Assembly (NCBI GenBank): GCA_016748015.1
Contig: JAAOMT010000708.1
Span: 310,001 to 374,000 of the forward strand
Reading direction: 5' to 3'
DNA length: 64,000 nucleotides
From: Geosiphon pyriformis uo1
Taxonomy: Eukaryota > Fungi > Glomeromycota
The stretch's first letter is position 1. Each line of letters opens with the position of its first letter. The position numbers were made by a program, and so were the translations under genes. Below are positions 36,633 through 50,694 of this stretch, one piece after another. The notes under the pieces are model-generated. The model made no database searches. It was not told the DNA's origin and saw nothing but the letters and a program-made list of their open reading frames with translations.

Positions 36633-38395
36633 TCAAACAATTTTCATTTCACCATATAGCTGATACATGTTAGCAATAGAAAGGAGAAAGAAGAAGCAAG
36701 AACAGATTTTTGAAGCAGAAGCAACCCTTTGTGAATCAGAAAAAATTGGACTTATCAATCTACACATACCAGCCAAGAGCCATAACCATATCAAAATTCC
36801 CATCTACAATAACACCGGAAATATTGTAAAGATACTGGAAAAAACCACTCTTGGATATTTAACCACAGAAATTGAAGATTAAGCACCAAGCAGCATTCCA
36901 GATTTTCTACAGCTTTGTGAATATGTGGACATTACATCACAAATCATCTATGGACAAAACAAATGTTATCTGTTACAGCCAGAACAATTGAAACAGATGA
37001 ACATAAGAAATCTAGACCCACTTCAACAGATGCAACTAAAAATGTTACTCAATAATTTCAATGACATCTTTGCCAGTGAAAACAAATTTGGCAGAACTGA
37101 TATTATCCAGCATCAGATCAAGACTGGAGATGCAATGCCAATCAAACAGTGAGCATATAGGGTATCATCAGCCAGCCATGAAATCATTTGTTAAGAGATC
37201 AACCAAATGCTTGACAATGGGTTAATTCAGTCATCAATGAGCCTATGGTTGTCACCAGTAGTACTCATTTATAAGAAGAATGGAAAAATCCGATTTTGTG
37301 TAGACTACAAGAAACTCAATGGTGTAACTCATGGAGACAGCTATCCAACTTCACAAATACAAAAACTATTTAACGCTTTTGGTGGAAACAAATGGTTTTC
37401 AATGTTAGACTTGGATAGTAAGTACTGGCAAGTAGCCATAGATCCAGCCAACAAAGAAAAAATAGCGATCACTACAAAAGAGGGAAACTTTGAGTTTGAA
37501 GTTATGTCATTTGGCTTAACCAATGCTCCAGTTATATTCCAATGGCTAATGGAAATCATGTATACCGGCTTATTGTGGAAATCAGTAGTTGTATACTTGA
37601 ATGACACCAATGTGTTCTCAAAAACATTTGATGATCATCTATGTTATTTCTAACAAGTGTTCGAAAGACTACGATAAACAGAATTAAAATTGAATGCAAC
37701 AAAGTGTTTTTTTGGCAAAACAGAACTAAAATTCTTGGGACACATAGTTAGCAAAGACTGCATAAAAACAGATCCAGAGAAAATAGAGATAGTAAAGAAC
37801 TTTCCAATACCAACCAACGTAACTGAGCTGAAATCATTCTTGGGATTTGCAAACTATTATAGACACTTTATAAAAAACTTTTTAAAGATAGCACAACCAC
37901 TCAATAATCTTCAAACCAAAATGCAAAGTATGAATGGACTAAACCCAGCAAGAAGCATTTGACATCTTAAGAAAAAAGCTTATTCAAGCTCCAGTATTGA
38001 TCTATCCAGATCATAGTAAACCATTCATTATCACCACTAATGTATTAGGTTAAGCATTGGGAGCAGTACTATCTCAGAGAGGATTAGATGGAAGAGAACA
38101 TCCAGTCACATATGCCAACTGAGGTTTGACTCCAGCTGAAAAGAACTATAGAACACCAGAATTAGAACATCTAGTAATCTATTGGGCAGTTATGAAATAG
38201 AAAGAATACTTGAGTCAAAAGTTTGAGGTGTATACAGATCACAAAGAATTGACATCACTCCAAAAACAAAAATTTGGAGATGGAAGACAGTCAAGATGGA
38301 AAATGGCTCTTTTGATATACACTTATACTATACATTATAAAAAGGGAAAAGACAATGGAAATGCTAACAGTTTGTTGCGAATGAGACAAATCTAA
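36633..38395 (+). pseudogene. Element B dUTPase-like linker, RT and RNase H (continuation after D)
   Basis: RFCVDYKKLN, YLND, ends NANSLLRMRQI*. Confidence 0.9.
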
Positions 38396-38456
38396 GAACA
38401 TTTCAACCCAAAAATATAACAAAACCAAAACAATACTCACGAAAATATAACAAAAA

Positions 38457-39839
38457 ATGAACACACAAAAATATCAACAACTTCAACATTATATAAATAC
38501 TCAATAGTTTAAAGAGAAATTATCTCAACCAGAACAAAAAAGAATCAAACAACAATCCAAATATTTTATCACTCACCAAAATATACTTTATTGGAAAAAT
38601 AAAAAAGATTCAGATCAACCAACCAAAGTAATTACAAAACCAGAAAAGGAGATGATACTATTCAATATGCATTCAGACCCAACTGCAGGACATTTTTATA
38701 AAGAAGCAACCATAGAAAGAACCAGAAAGAGATACTATTAACCATCAATGTATTCAGACATCATCCAATATGTGCAAAATTGTGATGCTTGTCAAAGAAG
38801 AGAAAGAACAAGACCCAGCAAACCATTGAGACCAATCAAAGTGGGACAACCATTTGACCGTATTGAAATCAATTTAGTCAGACCATTAACAATTACCAAC
38901 AGAGGCAACAGATATATTGCAGTAGCCATAAACTATCTTACTAAATGGCCAGAAGCCAAAGCAATTCAAAAAGTGGATACAGAATCCGTTGCCAAATTTG
39001 TCCATCAAGATTTGATTTGTCAACATAGATGTTCAAAAGAACTATTATCAAACTAAGGAACCTATTTTGTGAATAGAACATTAGCAGAACTAAGCCAAAG
39101 ATTCGGAATTAAGAGACTACTATCATCACCATACCATCTACAAACCAATGAATTAGTTGAAAGATTTAATAGAACATTGTATGAAGCAATAGCAAAACTC
39201 AGCCAAAAAAACCAGGACAAATGGGATTTGTTTATACCATCAGTATTATTTGTTTATTGAACAATGAAGCAAGACACCACACAAGCAACATCATTTAAAT
39301 TAATATACAGTAGAACAGCAATATTACCAGTTGAGATAGAGGTTAACACATATCTAACTAAATCAATAACAGAAAAGAATTTTCAAGAAATATTGTTAAG
39401 AAAAACATATAACTTAATGGAAACATTGGAAAACAAACAAAGAAGAGCAGCTGATAATATACAAAAGTCACAAGAGAAACAGAAAGAAAGACATAATAAT
39501 TAATTACCAGACAAACCAGTTAAATTCAAGATTGGAGACAAAATACTTTTACATTGTACCAAAGTAGAAAAACAATAGAGTGGAAAATTCGACCCCAAAT
39601 GGGATGAACCATTTCACATAGAAAAAATTCTAGGGAATAGAGCTTACAAATTAAGACTGGATAACAAAATCTTAACCAAAGCAGCACATAGAGATCGACT
39701 GAAACCATATCACAACATCACACTACCATCCACCAGTAATATTCTACAATTAGGAGTACAGAAGATACTAGTCTAACCAGAGAAAATTCTACAAGATCTG
39801 AAACCAATCATCATCATTAACAACAACACATTAAATTAA
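38457..39839 (+). pseudogene. Element B stand-alone integrase
   Basis: ATG at 38457 (MNTQKY), CDACQRR, NYLTKWPEA, LVERFN. Confidence 0.88.
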
Positions 39840-39893
39840 TCTATCAAAAGAATATATAAAAACATGGTAGACGTGACAAGAAATAGCAGAAAA

Positions 39894-40523
39894 ATGGATA
39901 TTACAGATAACATCTACTCATTAGCATAACAACTTTTTCAATTGATTCAACATCAAGAGATGAAAATTATAATTAATCAACAAACCATCTGATATCAAGA
40001 CACTAGAAAGACATTACCACATAAAACACAGAAGAAAACAGAAAATACCATTGACAAAATCATTGTGAAAATAAAGTTAGCAATAAAAGAGTTGACAAAA
40101 GAGTTACTATACCAAAAGTTAACTAAAAAAACTTGGAATTGGTAGATACAACAATTTCCAAGAAACTATTGTTATTTTTACTTGGAACAACACGTGAATA
40201 TCCAGAATCTATATATGGATAAAACAAAGCAATTATTTGACACAAGAATACTACAACAATTAGAACATTTTGTGAGAAAGAACAACTTATTCACACAGGT
40301 CTGAGCCATATACCAAATACACACAGCATTTCAGGATCAACCAGAAATCTTACTTAACAAAGCAATAAATACGGTTACCAGTAATCAATTAGTAAAAATC
40401 ACCAATGCTCAATTTGAAGAATTACAGACTCAAATAACACAAGTAATTCTCGAAAATGAAATTCAGAAAATACTTCAAGAAGAGAAATTAACAGAGTTAG
40501 ATTTTGACAGAGCTCAAAATTAA
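39894..40523 (+). pseudogene. Element B ORF3
   Basis: MDITDNIYSLA...YCYFYL(G)Q...RAIY(R)IHTAF...DFDRAQN*, with the stop abutting the PPT. TATATAAA at 39853. Confidence 0.7.
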
Positions 40524-40536
40524 AAGGAGAGAATAA

Positions 40537-41406
40537 TGTTATTTATAGAAATATAAGAAATATATATTAGCATAGTTATTAATTAATCAGAAGTAGACAT
40601 AGTAAAATGTGGAATTCCAGTATTCTTCTCAGGAATTACAGGATTCCAGGAATTACAGAATTCTCACAAGAAATTGCAGAATTCCAGAATTCCAGGATTT
40701 TTCTCAAAGGAATTGCAGGATTCCAGAAATTTCAGGATTCCTGTTGTGAAGAATTGAGAAATTGAGGAATCTCAATTATGTATATATAGCAGTAGGATTA
40801 GAAGCTAAAAAGACAGACCTCTCAGTTTAGATTTTATCTAGACAACTTTCCAAACCACAAATAAATAACTGTTTGTTATCTCAAATCTGCTGCCATTATC
40901 AACACTTCATGTTGATAGTAATTGATACTTAACCATACTGGAACAATAGCTCTTGATCACAGCTATTGACAGAATACTAACTTGCAAATTGCCTTGGCTT
41001 ATTTCTTTTCTTTCTTTATTTTCTTTTCTTTTCTTTATTTCTTCTTTGATTTTATTGTTGTTTACTAACTCTATTGAGGATTAATGCACGGAGTACTAAC
41101 ATCTGAATAAACATAACTGGTAAAAGACCCAGAAATAAGGGTAGAACACTCAATTGAGGATAGCTTACCAGAAGGAATACTGGCCATCAAGTTGAGAAAG
41201 AAATTGACAAAACTGCGGTTTTGGAAAGCTATGAATAAAACTATTACCATTAAATCTCTGTTCATTATACAAAGAACTCAACCAAACCCTTTGAATACAG
41301 ACTTTTTAGACACCAATCTTCAGATCACTATCAACTGCAATTAGATTTGAGCACCAAGTTATGGGTTTATTATTTAATTTAACACCAGAAATAGTCACCT
41401 GTAACA
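40537..41406 (+). repeat. 3' LTR of element B
   Basis: Direct repeat of 14121-14991, preceded by the PPT. Confidence 0.95.
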
Positions 41407-41488
41407 ATGACACCAATGTCTTCTCTGAAACGTTTGACAATCATTTGCTTCATCTGTAACAAGTCTTCAAATGCTTTTGTAGTACTGG
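41407..41488 (+). pseudogene. 82-bp fragment of element A RT between insertions B and C
   Basis: Reads (D)TNVFSETFDNHLLHL*QVFKCFCSTG, which directly continues YLDD. Confidence 0.9.
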
Positions 41489-42374
41489 TATTACTCATAG
41501 AAAAAGAAAACAGATATAGAAAAATAGGAGGCCAATAGAAGAATAGTAGTTAGCACATGAGCATATTGCTCAGCAATATGGAGCAATGTCAGAAATCACA
41601 GCACATCACTCAGCAATGTGGAGCAATGTTAAGAAAATACAGCACATTGCTTGAGAAATTATAGCACATTGCTTGGAAATGTGAGCAATTTTATAGAATC
41701 CAAATTATGTATATATAGCGGTAGCATTAAAAGTAGAAAAGACAGACCTCTCAGTTTAGATTTGATCTAAGCAATCTTCCATTCACAAATATCAATAAAT
41801 AATTATTCACTATTTTAATCTACTCTCCACTATCAACACTTCATGTTAATAGTAAGTGATACTTAACCACATGAAAACAATAGCTCTTGATTATAGCTAT
41901 TAATGGGATATTAACTTGCAATTGCTTTCATTTATTTCTTTATTTTTTTCTTTTATTTTCTTTGTTTTGTCATTTCATTAGTTTTACTAAACTGATTAAA
42001 AATTAAATACTGAGTTATTGACATCAAGGATAGCCTGGTAAAAGACCCCAAAGAAAGGATATAGGAATTGAGAATTTAAGGATAGTTTACCAGAAGGACA
42101 TCTCTGTCAAGATTACCAGCCATCATGCTGAGAAAGAAATTTGATAGAATTGCGATTCCGGGAGGCTATGGAAAAGACAACACTTGAATCTCTGTTCATT
42201 ATACAAAGAACTCCACAACAAAACCTTCAGATATTGACACCAGAATACCAACCCAGCACCAAGTTACAGATTTGTTATTTGACTTAAGACTCCAAATAAT
42301 CATCTGTAACATTTGGTGCTTCCTGTGAGGTATAATCCTACAGAAAACCAGCACCAACTACACTCATCCCAAAA

Positions 42375-45300
42375 GTGGCAGAATCAAAAAGTATAGGAGC
42401 AAACCATTTAGGATTCGCAAAATCCTTATTTTAACATTACTGTTAACACTTAGGATTAAACCAAAATCATATATTAGCAAAATCAGCCTTTGATTTTTAT
42501 GTCAATGAGAGAATTGCATATTTGTTAGGAACACCAGTAAATACTGAATCAGCAAGAGAAACTTTTTACCATGAATTAATCCAAAACACCAGCCTACCAA
42601 CAAATTATAATTTTACATTCATCATTACTGAGATTAATAAAAAAATTAAACATCACACACAACAAAGATATCCAATCACTTATGCTAGTAAAGGCAAAGA
42701 AAAATTACAAATACTAGCAGTGACACCAAAACAAATACAACCACTCACTTGAAAGAAAACCAGAGTTGAATCACCAACAAATTCATCATACTACTATACA
42801 CCTGGAAGTGCCATCAACATCACATCAACAGGTGTGTTCACATTACACATGACATCAATCTTTGGACAATTTCTATTTCAGAGTAAACAAAAGAAAGAAG
42901 ATCTTTTAGGACCATACAGCATGTATTTTGAAAAATTTAAGTCCCGATCACCAATGCCATCAGGACTTCGATCTCCACCACTCCAACCAGATTTCAGAAC
43001 CACGAGTCCCTGAAAAATAATGAAATCGGAAGAAGAACAAGAAAAAAAGGAAGAAGAATCTGAAGATCAAAAATTTACTTACCAGAATCTGATCTCAGAG
43101 AACCCGAACATTAAAACTCCAAATTTTCAGACTTAGTAAAATCTAAATTTAGAAAATCCAGAAATTGAAACTCTGAATTTTCAAACACAGCCAAATCAGA
43201 ATGACCGAAACCCCAACTTAATTAATCAACAAAACTTACCTCTTGGAATCATTATTAATTAGCCACTAGCCAAACCCATATAACAGCCACCCCAACAACC
43301 ACTTCAACAAATTCATCAGCTGTCTGTATCGCAACAACAACAACAAATGGCATATGTACCAATCATAAAGCTCGATAAATTCACTGGCAAAGAAGATGAC
43401 ACCCAAGTCTGGCTGAATGATGTAGCTAAAGCAATTACAGCCAATAACTGGGATGATGATAGAGCCATGCAAGCAATCCTCTATTTTCTTCAAGACATTG
43501 CCAATGCATGGTACCAAAGTCTTACCACCAAACCCCAAAATTTTAATGAATTCAAAACCGAATTCTTGAGGTATTTTAGTAATAATAATAGCATCAACAA
43601 GTTAACCAACACCTTCACCACAATCAAACAAGAGAAAACTGAAGCAGTTACCACTTACTTGCGACAGTTCTACAGGAATCTATGCCAAATTCAAGCAATC
43701 CAAGCTGACTATTTTACAGCACCACAAATTCTAAACCAGTTTATCTGTGGGTTGTGTAGTAGCATCCTCCAATGCATACACCCAATACACCCACAAACTC
43801 TCCAGAACACAATTACCAATGCATGAGATTTCGAAGCAGCTAAACTAGAAGCCAATTATGCTCAAACTGTAAATCTGGTCATAAATGGATTATCTGAATT
43901 GAATTCCAAATTGAAACAATTCAGTGATTCAATTAATCAGAAATTGAAAAGATACTTAGCTAACAATTGCACAATATATCAACCACCACAATGACACAAT
44001 AATTCTGGAAACACAGATTGTTTTCAGAATCAGTCACATCCAACATCCTTGACCAATCAACAGTGGCAGCAGGAAACACGTATTTGCCACTATTGTGGTA
44101 GACAAGAACATTTGCAATTTGAATGTCAAAAAAGAATAAGTGACCAGAGATCAGTTAATCAGTATTGAAACTTTGATTGCCGACTACAAACTCAGAATTA
44201 CATCAGTAATCAATCAAACCCAGCTCTATATCAACAAGATTACTTACCTATGATGCAGCTGATATATCAAACACCAATGACGCAGCAATTATACTTACCT
44301 TCAGTCTATCAGCCTCCAACAGCAATTTATCAACTGCAGTTCTAACCCAATTATCAGCTGCAGTCTCAGGTAAATTATCCATTCCAACAACATCAAACAC
44401 TGCCACAGAACTTACCTCAAAACAGAACTCAAAGACCAAGATTAACACAGCAAAGCTGGAGATCATTGATGGCAGTCCATTAACTGATCCCCAGTTCCAT
44501 AGCACAACTATCAAGATCTCGACCATGGAATTCAGGCACTGGATATGCCCAAAACCCAAATTCCCAAAACTATTTAAGTTTTCTGGTTACCCCAAAAAAC
44601 GCCCCACCCAATAATCCGGAAACCAACCAAAAACAATCACTCACCAACAACATACCTTCAGCCACCATCACTAACAACGAATCATTAGCAGTGATCTTTC
44701 CATTTGAACTTGAAGAAATTATACCAGTCCCATTATTCAGTGGAGCCACTCTTAACACCAAACCAATCACCACTATGTACACTGATGCCAAAATCAATAG
44801 CCACTTCATCAAACTGATTCTAAATAGTGGATCAGCTGGCAGCATTATTACAAAGCAACTCATGAACCAATTAGGTCACTAAGTTGATCACGCTGCCAGT
44901 GCCAGAATCATAACTGCTGATGGAACAACCAAAACTCCCATTGGTGAGATTGATGACTTCCCTATAGAAGTTAACGGCATCATTGTATCAATCAAAGTAT
45001 TAGTCATAGAAGCCACCCAATACCAAGCACTTGTTAGTAATGATTAGTTATCTAAAACCAACACATTGCTTGATTGGAATATGCAGGAGCTTCAAATCAG
45101 CCAGAATGGATAATACACACATGTACCAGCCATGTATGGCCACTTTATAACCACCAACTTGACAGCACCACTCATAGAGTTCAAAGAAAAAAAAAAATCT
45201 ACCTGAGAAACTTATCAAGTATTCTGGGCTAACAAAGAACACAACAAGCTACTGCCAGTACCTTTGTGGGACAACAATAACAGGAAAGAAAAGAAAAGAG

Positions 45301-48300
45301 AAGAACTTATCTGGAACACTGACCAAAACTGAGAAACCTATAATGATCAGAATGAATTATCAACAATCTGGAAATGGGAAGAGAATAAAATAAAAGAAAA
45401 AGAGAAAGAGAAAAAAAAAAATTCTATACCAACCCCTATTCACCCTACATATACATACACAACACCACAATCAAGCTATCATTGTCCAAAACTCATATGT
45501 GTCAATTGTGACAAGAAATTGTTGTCAATGGGCGCATGTTATGGCGACAATGAGAAATACTCAACAGTAACCAAATTCTATTGCCACATGTGTGTCATAA
45601 AACACTTTGGATGTCCAAAACAAAAAGGGAAATGGGACAATAAATCATGCTTGGCTTGTGGTGAAACTCTTCTGGATGAAAGAAAGTGAAACGACATTCC
45701 TGGGCAAAGAGGAACGTGTGACAAATTGTGTCAATACATGATTCTTATAAGTGACTGGGTAAGAAAAAAAATGTCCATAGACACTGCCTGAAGATGAGCT
45801 GTCAAATGTCTAGACAGATGTTCACACGATAATGATGAAATCTGGTAAATAGCACTTGCCAAAATCGAAGGAGCAATCCCAGAAGAAATAAAAACAATCA
45901 AAGACAACTCACCTGAACCCATAGAACTTGACTGAAATTCAGAACCAGTCATAAATCTACTAGATCCAAAACAATTTCATAAATACTACCAGAAATTAGC
46001 ACCCACTAGAAAGGAATAAGAGCAATGGTTGGAAGAAATCAATACTTGACTATGTGACTATTGTTTAATTCTCTGTGACTTCCAATATTGTAATGAGTGT
46101 GACCTTATTTACAATTCACCACCACGCATGATCTACACAATTCCAAAGGAAAAAGAACCAATCAGCAGCTGCACATTGGAATTGGAATCAGTTTCCAATC
46201 CTGATTTAAACTCCGACAACAATGATGACGAAAATAATGATTCCAGTTCTGTTCAAAATGGCAATAACAATAACAACAATTCCAACTCAGATTCAAACTC
46301 CAATTCAAATTACGAACAATATATTGTGCTCTCTAATCTCACCAAAGAGCAGAAACTAAAATGTATTATGCCAGAACACATGCATGATACCAATGCAGGG
46401 TTTGATCTAAAATATCCAAAAAAAGATTCCATCAAATTAGAACCATATTCGTGCACTTGTATTGATCTGAAAATAGCACTGGAAATTCTAACAACAACAA
46501 TGGTTCAACTAGCATCCAAGAGTAGTTTAGTGAAAAAAAGAATTAACATTAGAGAAGAAATAATTGATGCAGGATATGTAGGAAATATTATTGCTATGCT
46601 ACAAAATGATTCAGAAAAGGCATATACCATAGATCCAAATGAAAAGATAACACAGGCAATATTCCTACCTCTGGTGAAAATAGCTCAATTAGTGTCAGTA
46701 AGAAACAAGAAGGAATTAGGGATTACAGCTAGAGGGATATAGGGATTTAGATCAATGAGTAGAATAGATATACCAGTCAATATAGCAAAGAAAGAAATTG
46801 TTGACAAAAGAGAAATTATCTCAACCCATCAAGCAATTTTCATTCCACCATATGACTAGTATATGTTAGCCATAAAAAAAGAAGTAAAGAATCAAGCTCA
46901 ATTGTTTAAAGCAGAAGCCACCATTTGTGAATCAGAAGAGATTGGACTCACCAATCTCTATATCTCAGCCAACAGCCCCAAAAATATTAAAATTCCCATT
47001 CATAACACAACTAGAAACATCATTAAAATACCAAAGGAAACTATCATTGGATATTTAACCACTGAAGTTGAGGATCAACCACCAAACCACATTTCAGATT
47101 TTCCACAACTGTATAGATATGTGGACATCACATCACAAATCATCTACAGACAAAGTAAATGCTATCTGCTTCAACCAGAACAATTGGAACAGATAAACAT
47201 GAAAAATTTAGACTCACTCCAACAGATGCAACTAAAGATGTTACTCAGCAACTTTAATGACATTTTTGCTAGTAAAAATAAATTTGGCCACACCAACATC
47301 ATCCAGCATCAAATCAAAACTGGAGATGCAATGCCAATTAAACAAAGAGCATACAGAATACCACCAGCTAGCCATAAAATCATTCATCAAGAAATCAATC
47401 AGATGCTTAACAATAGGCTAATTCAGCCATCAATGAGTTCATGGTTGTCATTAGTGGTACTAGTCCAGAAGAAGAATGGAAAAATTTGCTTTTGTATAAA
47501 TTACCAGAAATTAAATAGAGTAACCAAAAGAGACAGCTACCCAACTCTAAAGATTCAAGAACTATTCAACGCTTTTGGAGAAAACAAATGGTTCTCAACA
47601 TTGGATCTAGATAGTGACTACTGGCAAGTAGCCATGGATCCAGCTGACAAAAAAAAGACCACATTTACAACAAGAGAAAAGAATTTCAAATTTGAAGTCA
47701 TGCCATTTGGCTTGATGAACATTCCAACAACATTCCAACAGCTCATGAAAATTGTATATACTGGATTACTATGGAAATCAGTAGTCATATACTTAGACAA
47801 CACCAATATATTCTCAAAAACATTTAATGATCATCTGCATCACCTCTAGCAGGTGTTTAAAAGACTAAGAAAAGCCAGATTGAAACTAAATGCAACAAAG
47901 TGTTTCTTTGGAAAAACTGAACTCAAGTTTTTGGAACATGTTGTAAGCAAAAATAGTATCAAAACAAATCCAGATAAGATTGCAATAATAAAAAACTTTT
48001 TAGTACCAACAAACTTGCCAGAACTAAGGGCATTTTTGGGATTCGTAGACTATTATCACCACTTCATCAAGAACTTTTCCAAACTAGCTCAGCCACTTCA
48101 CCAGCTACAAACTAAGAATGTAAAATATGATGGACTAAAGCTTAACAAAAAGCATTCGACACATTGAGAAAAAAGCTTATTCAAGCTTCAGTATTAATGT
48201 ATTCAAACCACAGCAAACCATTTATCATCACTACGGATGCATCAGGTCAAGCATTGGGAGCAGTACTATCACAAAAAGGACCAGATGGAAGAAAAAATCC

Positions 48301-48592
48301 AGTAGCTTATGCCAGTAGAAGCTTAAGTCCAGCTGAAAAAAACTATGGAACTCCAGCACTGGAACACTTAGCAATCTATTGGGCAGTTATAAAATGGAGA
48401 AAATACTTGAGCCAAAAGTTTGAAATATACACGGATTACAAGGAACTGACTTCAATTCAGAAACAAAAATTTGCAAACAATTGCCATGCCAGATGAAAAA
48501 TAGAACTTTCACCATTTAACTATACAGTACATTATAAAAAAGGAAAAAATAATGGAAATGCTGACGGATTGTCATGAATGAGACAAATCTAA
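42375..48592 (+). pseudogene. Element C gag-pol (gag, PR, Cys domain, dUTPase, RT, RH)
   Basis: ORFs 43347, 44691, 46128 (NAGFDL, IIDAGYVG), 46863, 47853 and 48164 (TDASG). Confidence 0.9.
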
Positions 48593-48622
48593 AAACATTT
48601 CAACCCAAAAATATAATAAAAA

Positions 48623-49999
48623 ATAAATATACAAAAATACCAACAATTACAACATTATATAAAGACTCAATTGTTCAAGGAGAAATTATCTCAAAAAGAA
48701 CAAAGAAACATAAAACAACAATCCAAATATTTTATCAATCATCAAAATATACTTTACCAGAAAAACAAAAAAAATTCAGATCAACCAACCAGAGTAATTA
48801 CAGAACCAGAGAAAGAGACAATATTATTTAATATGCATTCAGATCCAACAACAGGGCATTTTTACAAAAAAGCAATTATGGAAAGAACCAGAAAAAGATA
48901 CTATTGGCCAGCAATATATCCAAATATTATCCAATATGTGCAAAATTGTGATGCTTGTCAGAGAAGAAAAAAAGCAAGACCAAGTGAACCATTAAGACCA
49001 ATCAAAGTGGGACAACCATTCGATTGCATTGAAATTGACTTAGTCAGACCATTAACAATTACCAGCAGAGGCAACAGATATATCACAATAGCCATAGACT
49101 ATCTCACCAAATGGCCAGAAGCAAAAGCCATTCAAAGAGCAGATGCAGAATCCATTGCCGAATTCATTCATCAAGATTTGATTTGTTGATATAGATGTCT
49201 AAAAGAACTATTATCAGATCAAGAAACTCACTTTGTAAACAGAACACTGGCAGAATTAAGTCAAAGATTTGGAATTAAAAGACCATTATTATCACCATAT
49301 CATCCACAAACCAATAGACTAGTTGAAAGATTCAATAAAACATTGTGTGAAGCAATTGCCAAAATCAGTCAAAAAAACCAAGACAAATGGGATTTGTTCA
49401 TACCATTAGTATTATTTGCTTATCAGACAATGAAGCAAGATACTACACAAGCAACACCATTTGAACTAGTATATGATAGAACAGCAACATTACCAGTTGA
49501 GATAAAAGTCAATACATATCCAACTGAACCAATAACAGAAGATAATTTTCAAGAAACATTGTTGAGAAAAACATATGACTTAATGGAAACACTAGAAGAC
49601 AGACAACAAAAAGCAGCTAACAACATACAAAAGTCACAAGAGAAACAAAAAGAGAGACATAATAACCAACTACCAAACAAACCAGTTAAATTCAAGATTG
49701 GAGACAAAGTACTTTTACATTGTACTAAAGCAGAAAAACAATGGAGTGGAAAATTTGACCCCAAATGGGACAGACCATTTCACATTGAAGAAATTTTTGG
49801 AAATGGAGCTTACAAATTAAGATGAAACAACAAAATTTTAGCCAAAGCAGCACATGGTAATTGATTGAAACAATATTACCAGATAGTATCATCATCTACC
49901 AATAACATTCCACAACTAGGAGTACAAAGAATACTAGTTCAACCAGATGAGATTCCACGAAATCTGGAACCAATCATAGTTATTGAACCAAACACATAA
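48623..49999 (+). pseudogene. Element C stand-alone integrase (ATG mutated to ATA)
   Basis: ORFs 48671 and 49343, with HHCC, IDLVRPL and KWDRPF..GNGAYKL. Confidence 0.88.
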
Positions 50000-50058
50000 A
50001 ATCAAACAATCAGAAAGTATATAAAGACACAGTATACATGACAAAAGCAATCAAGAAA

Positions 50059-50694
50059 ATGGAAATACCAGATTATATTCACACTATAGCTCAACAACTG
50101 TTTCAGGCCTTAAGTTAACAACAGTTAGACATGGAAATTATCATTAACAACCAAACAATTTGCTATTGAAACACTAAAAAAAAGACAAAGAACACACCAT
50201 ATTAGCGGGTACCAAAAAATGATAAAAACTGGTCAGATAACATAATAGAAAAAGTAAAGAACATATTTGGGAAAATACTTATTATAGCACCAACAGAAGA
50301 ACTTACAAAAAAGAATTAGAAGCAATGGACAGAACAACTTCCAATATCATACTGTTACTACCAGTTAGGTCGAAAGTTGAATATTCAGGAGTTGTATATC
50401 AACAAATTCAAGAGAATATTTAACCAAGACATAATACAACAAATTGAAGAATTTATTGGAAAGAAAACAAATTCAACACTACATGTTAGAACAATATACT
50501 GACTACACAACATATTTTGAAACTATTCAGAAATACTGTTACACTCTGACATGGAAATCATAACCATTAACCAATGGAGAAGAATAAACAATACACAAGT
50601 AAAAAACATGAGAAACAGAGTCAAACAAACAATACTTGAAAAAAAAGTATTAGAATTAATTCAAAACAAAGATTTTGACAGAGCTCAATATTAA
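50059..50694 (+). pseudogene. Element C ORF3
   Basis: Homologous to B ORF3, ends DFDRAQY* at the PPT. TATATAAA at 50018. Confidence 0.7.

Larger units (their letters stand above)
14121..41406 (+). mobile_element. Element B: full-length Ty3/Gypsy element inserted in the YLDD codons of A's RT
   Basis: LTRs 14121-14991 and 40537-41406, perfect TSD ATGA (14117-14120 and 41407-41410), PBS TGGTGCTTCCTGTAAG at 14994, PPT AAAAGGAGAGAA at ~40522-40533. Confidence 0.95.
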
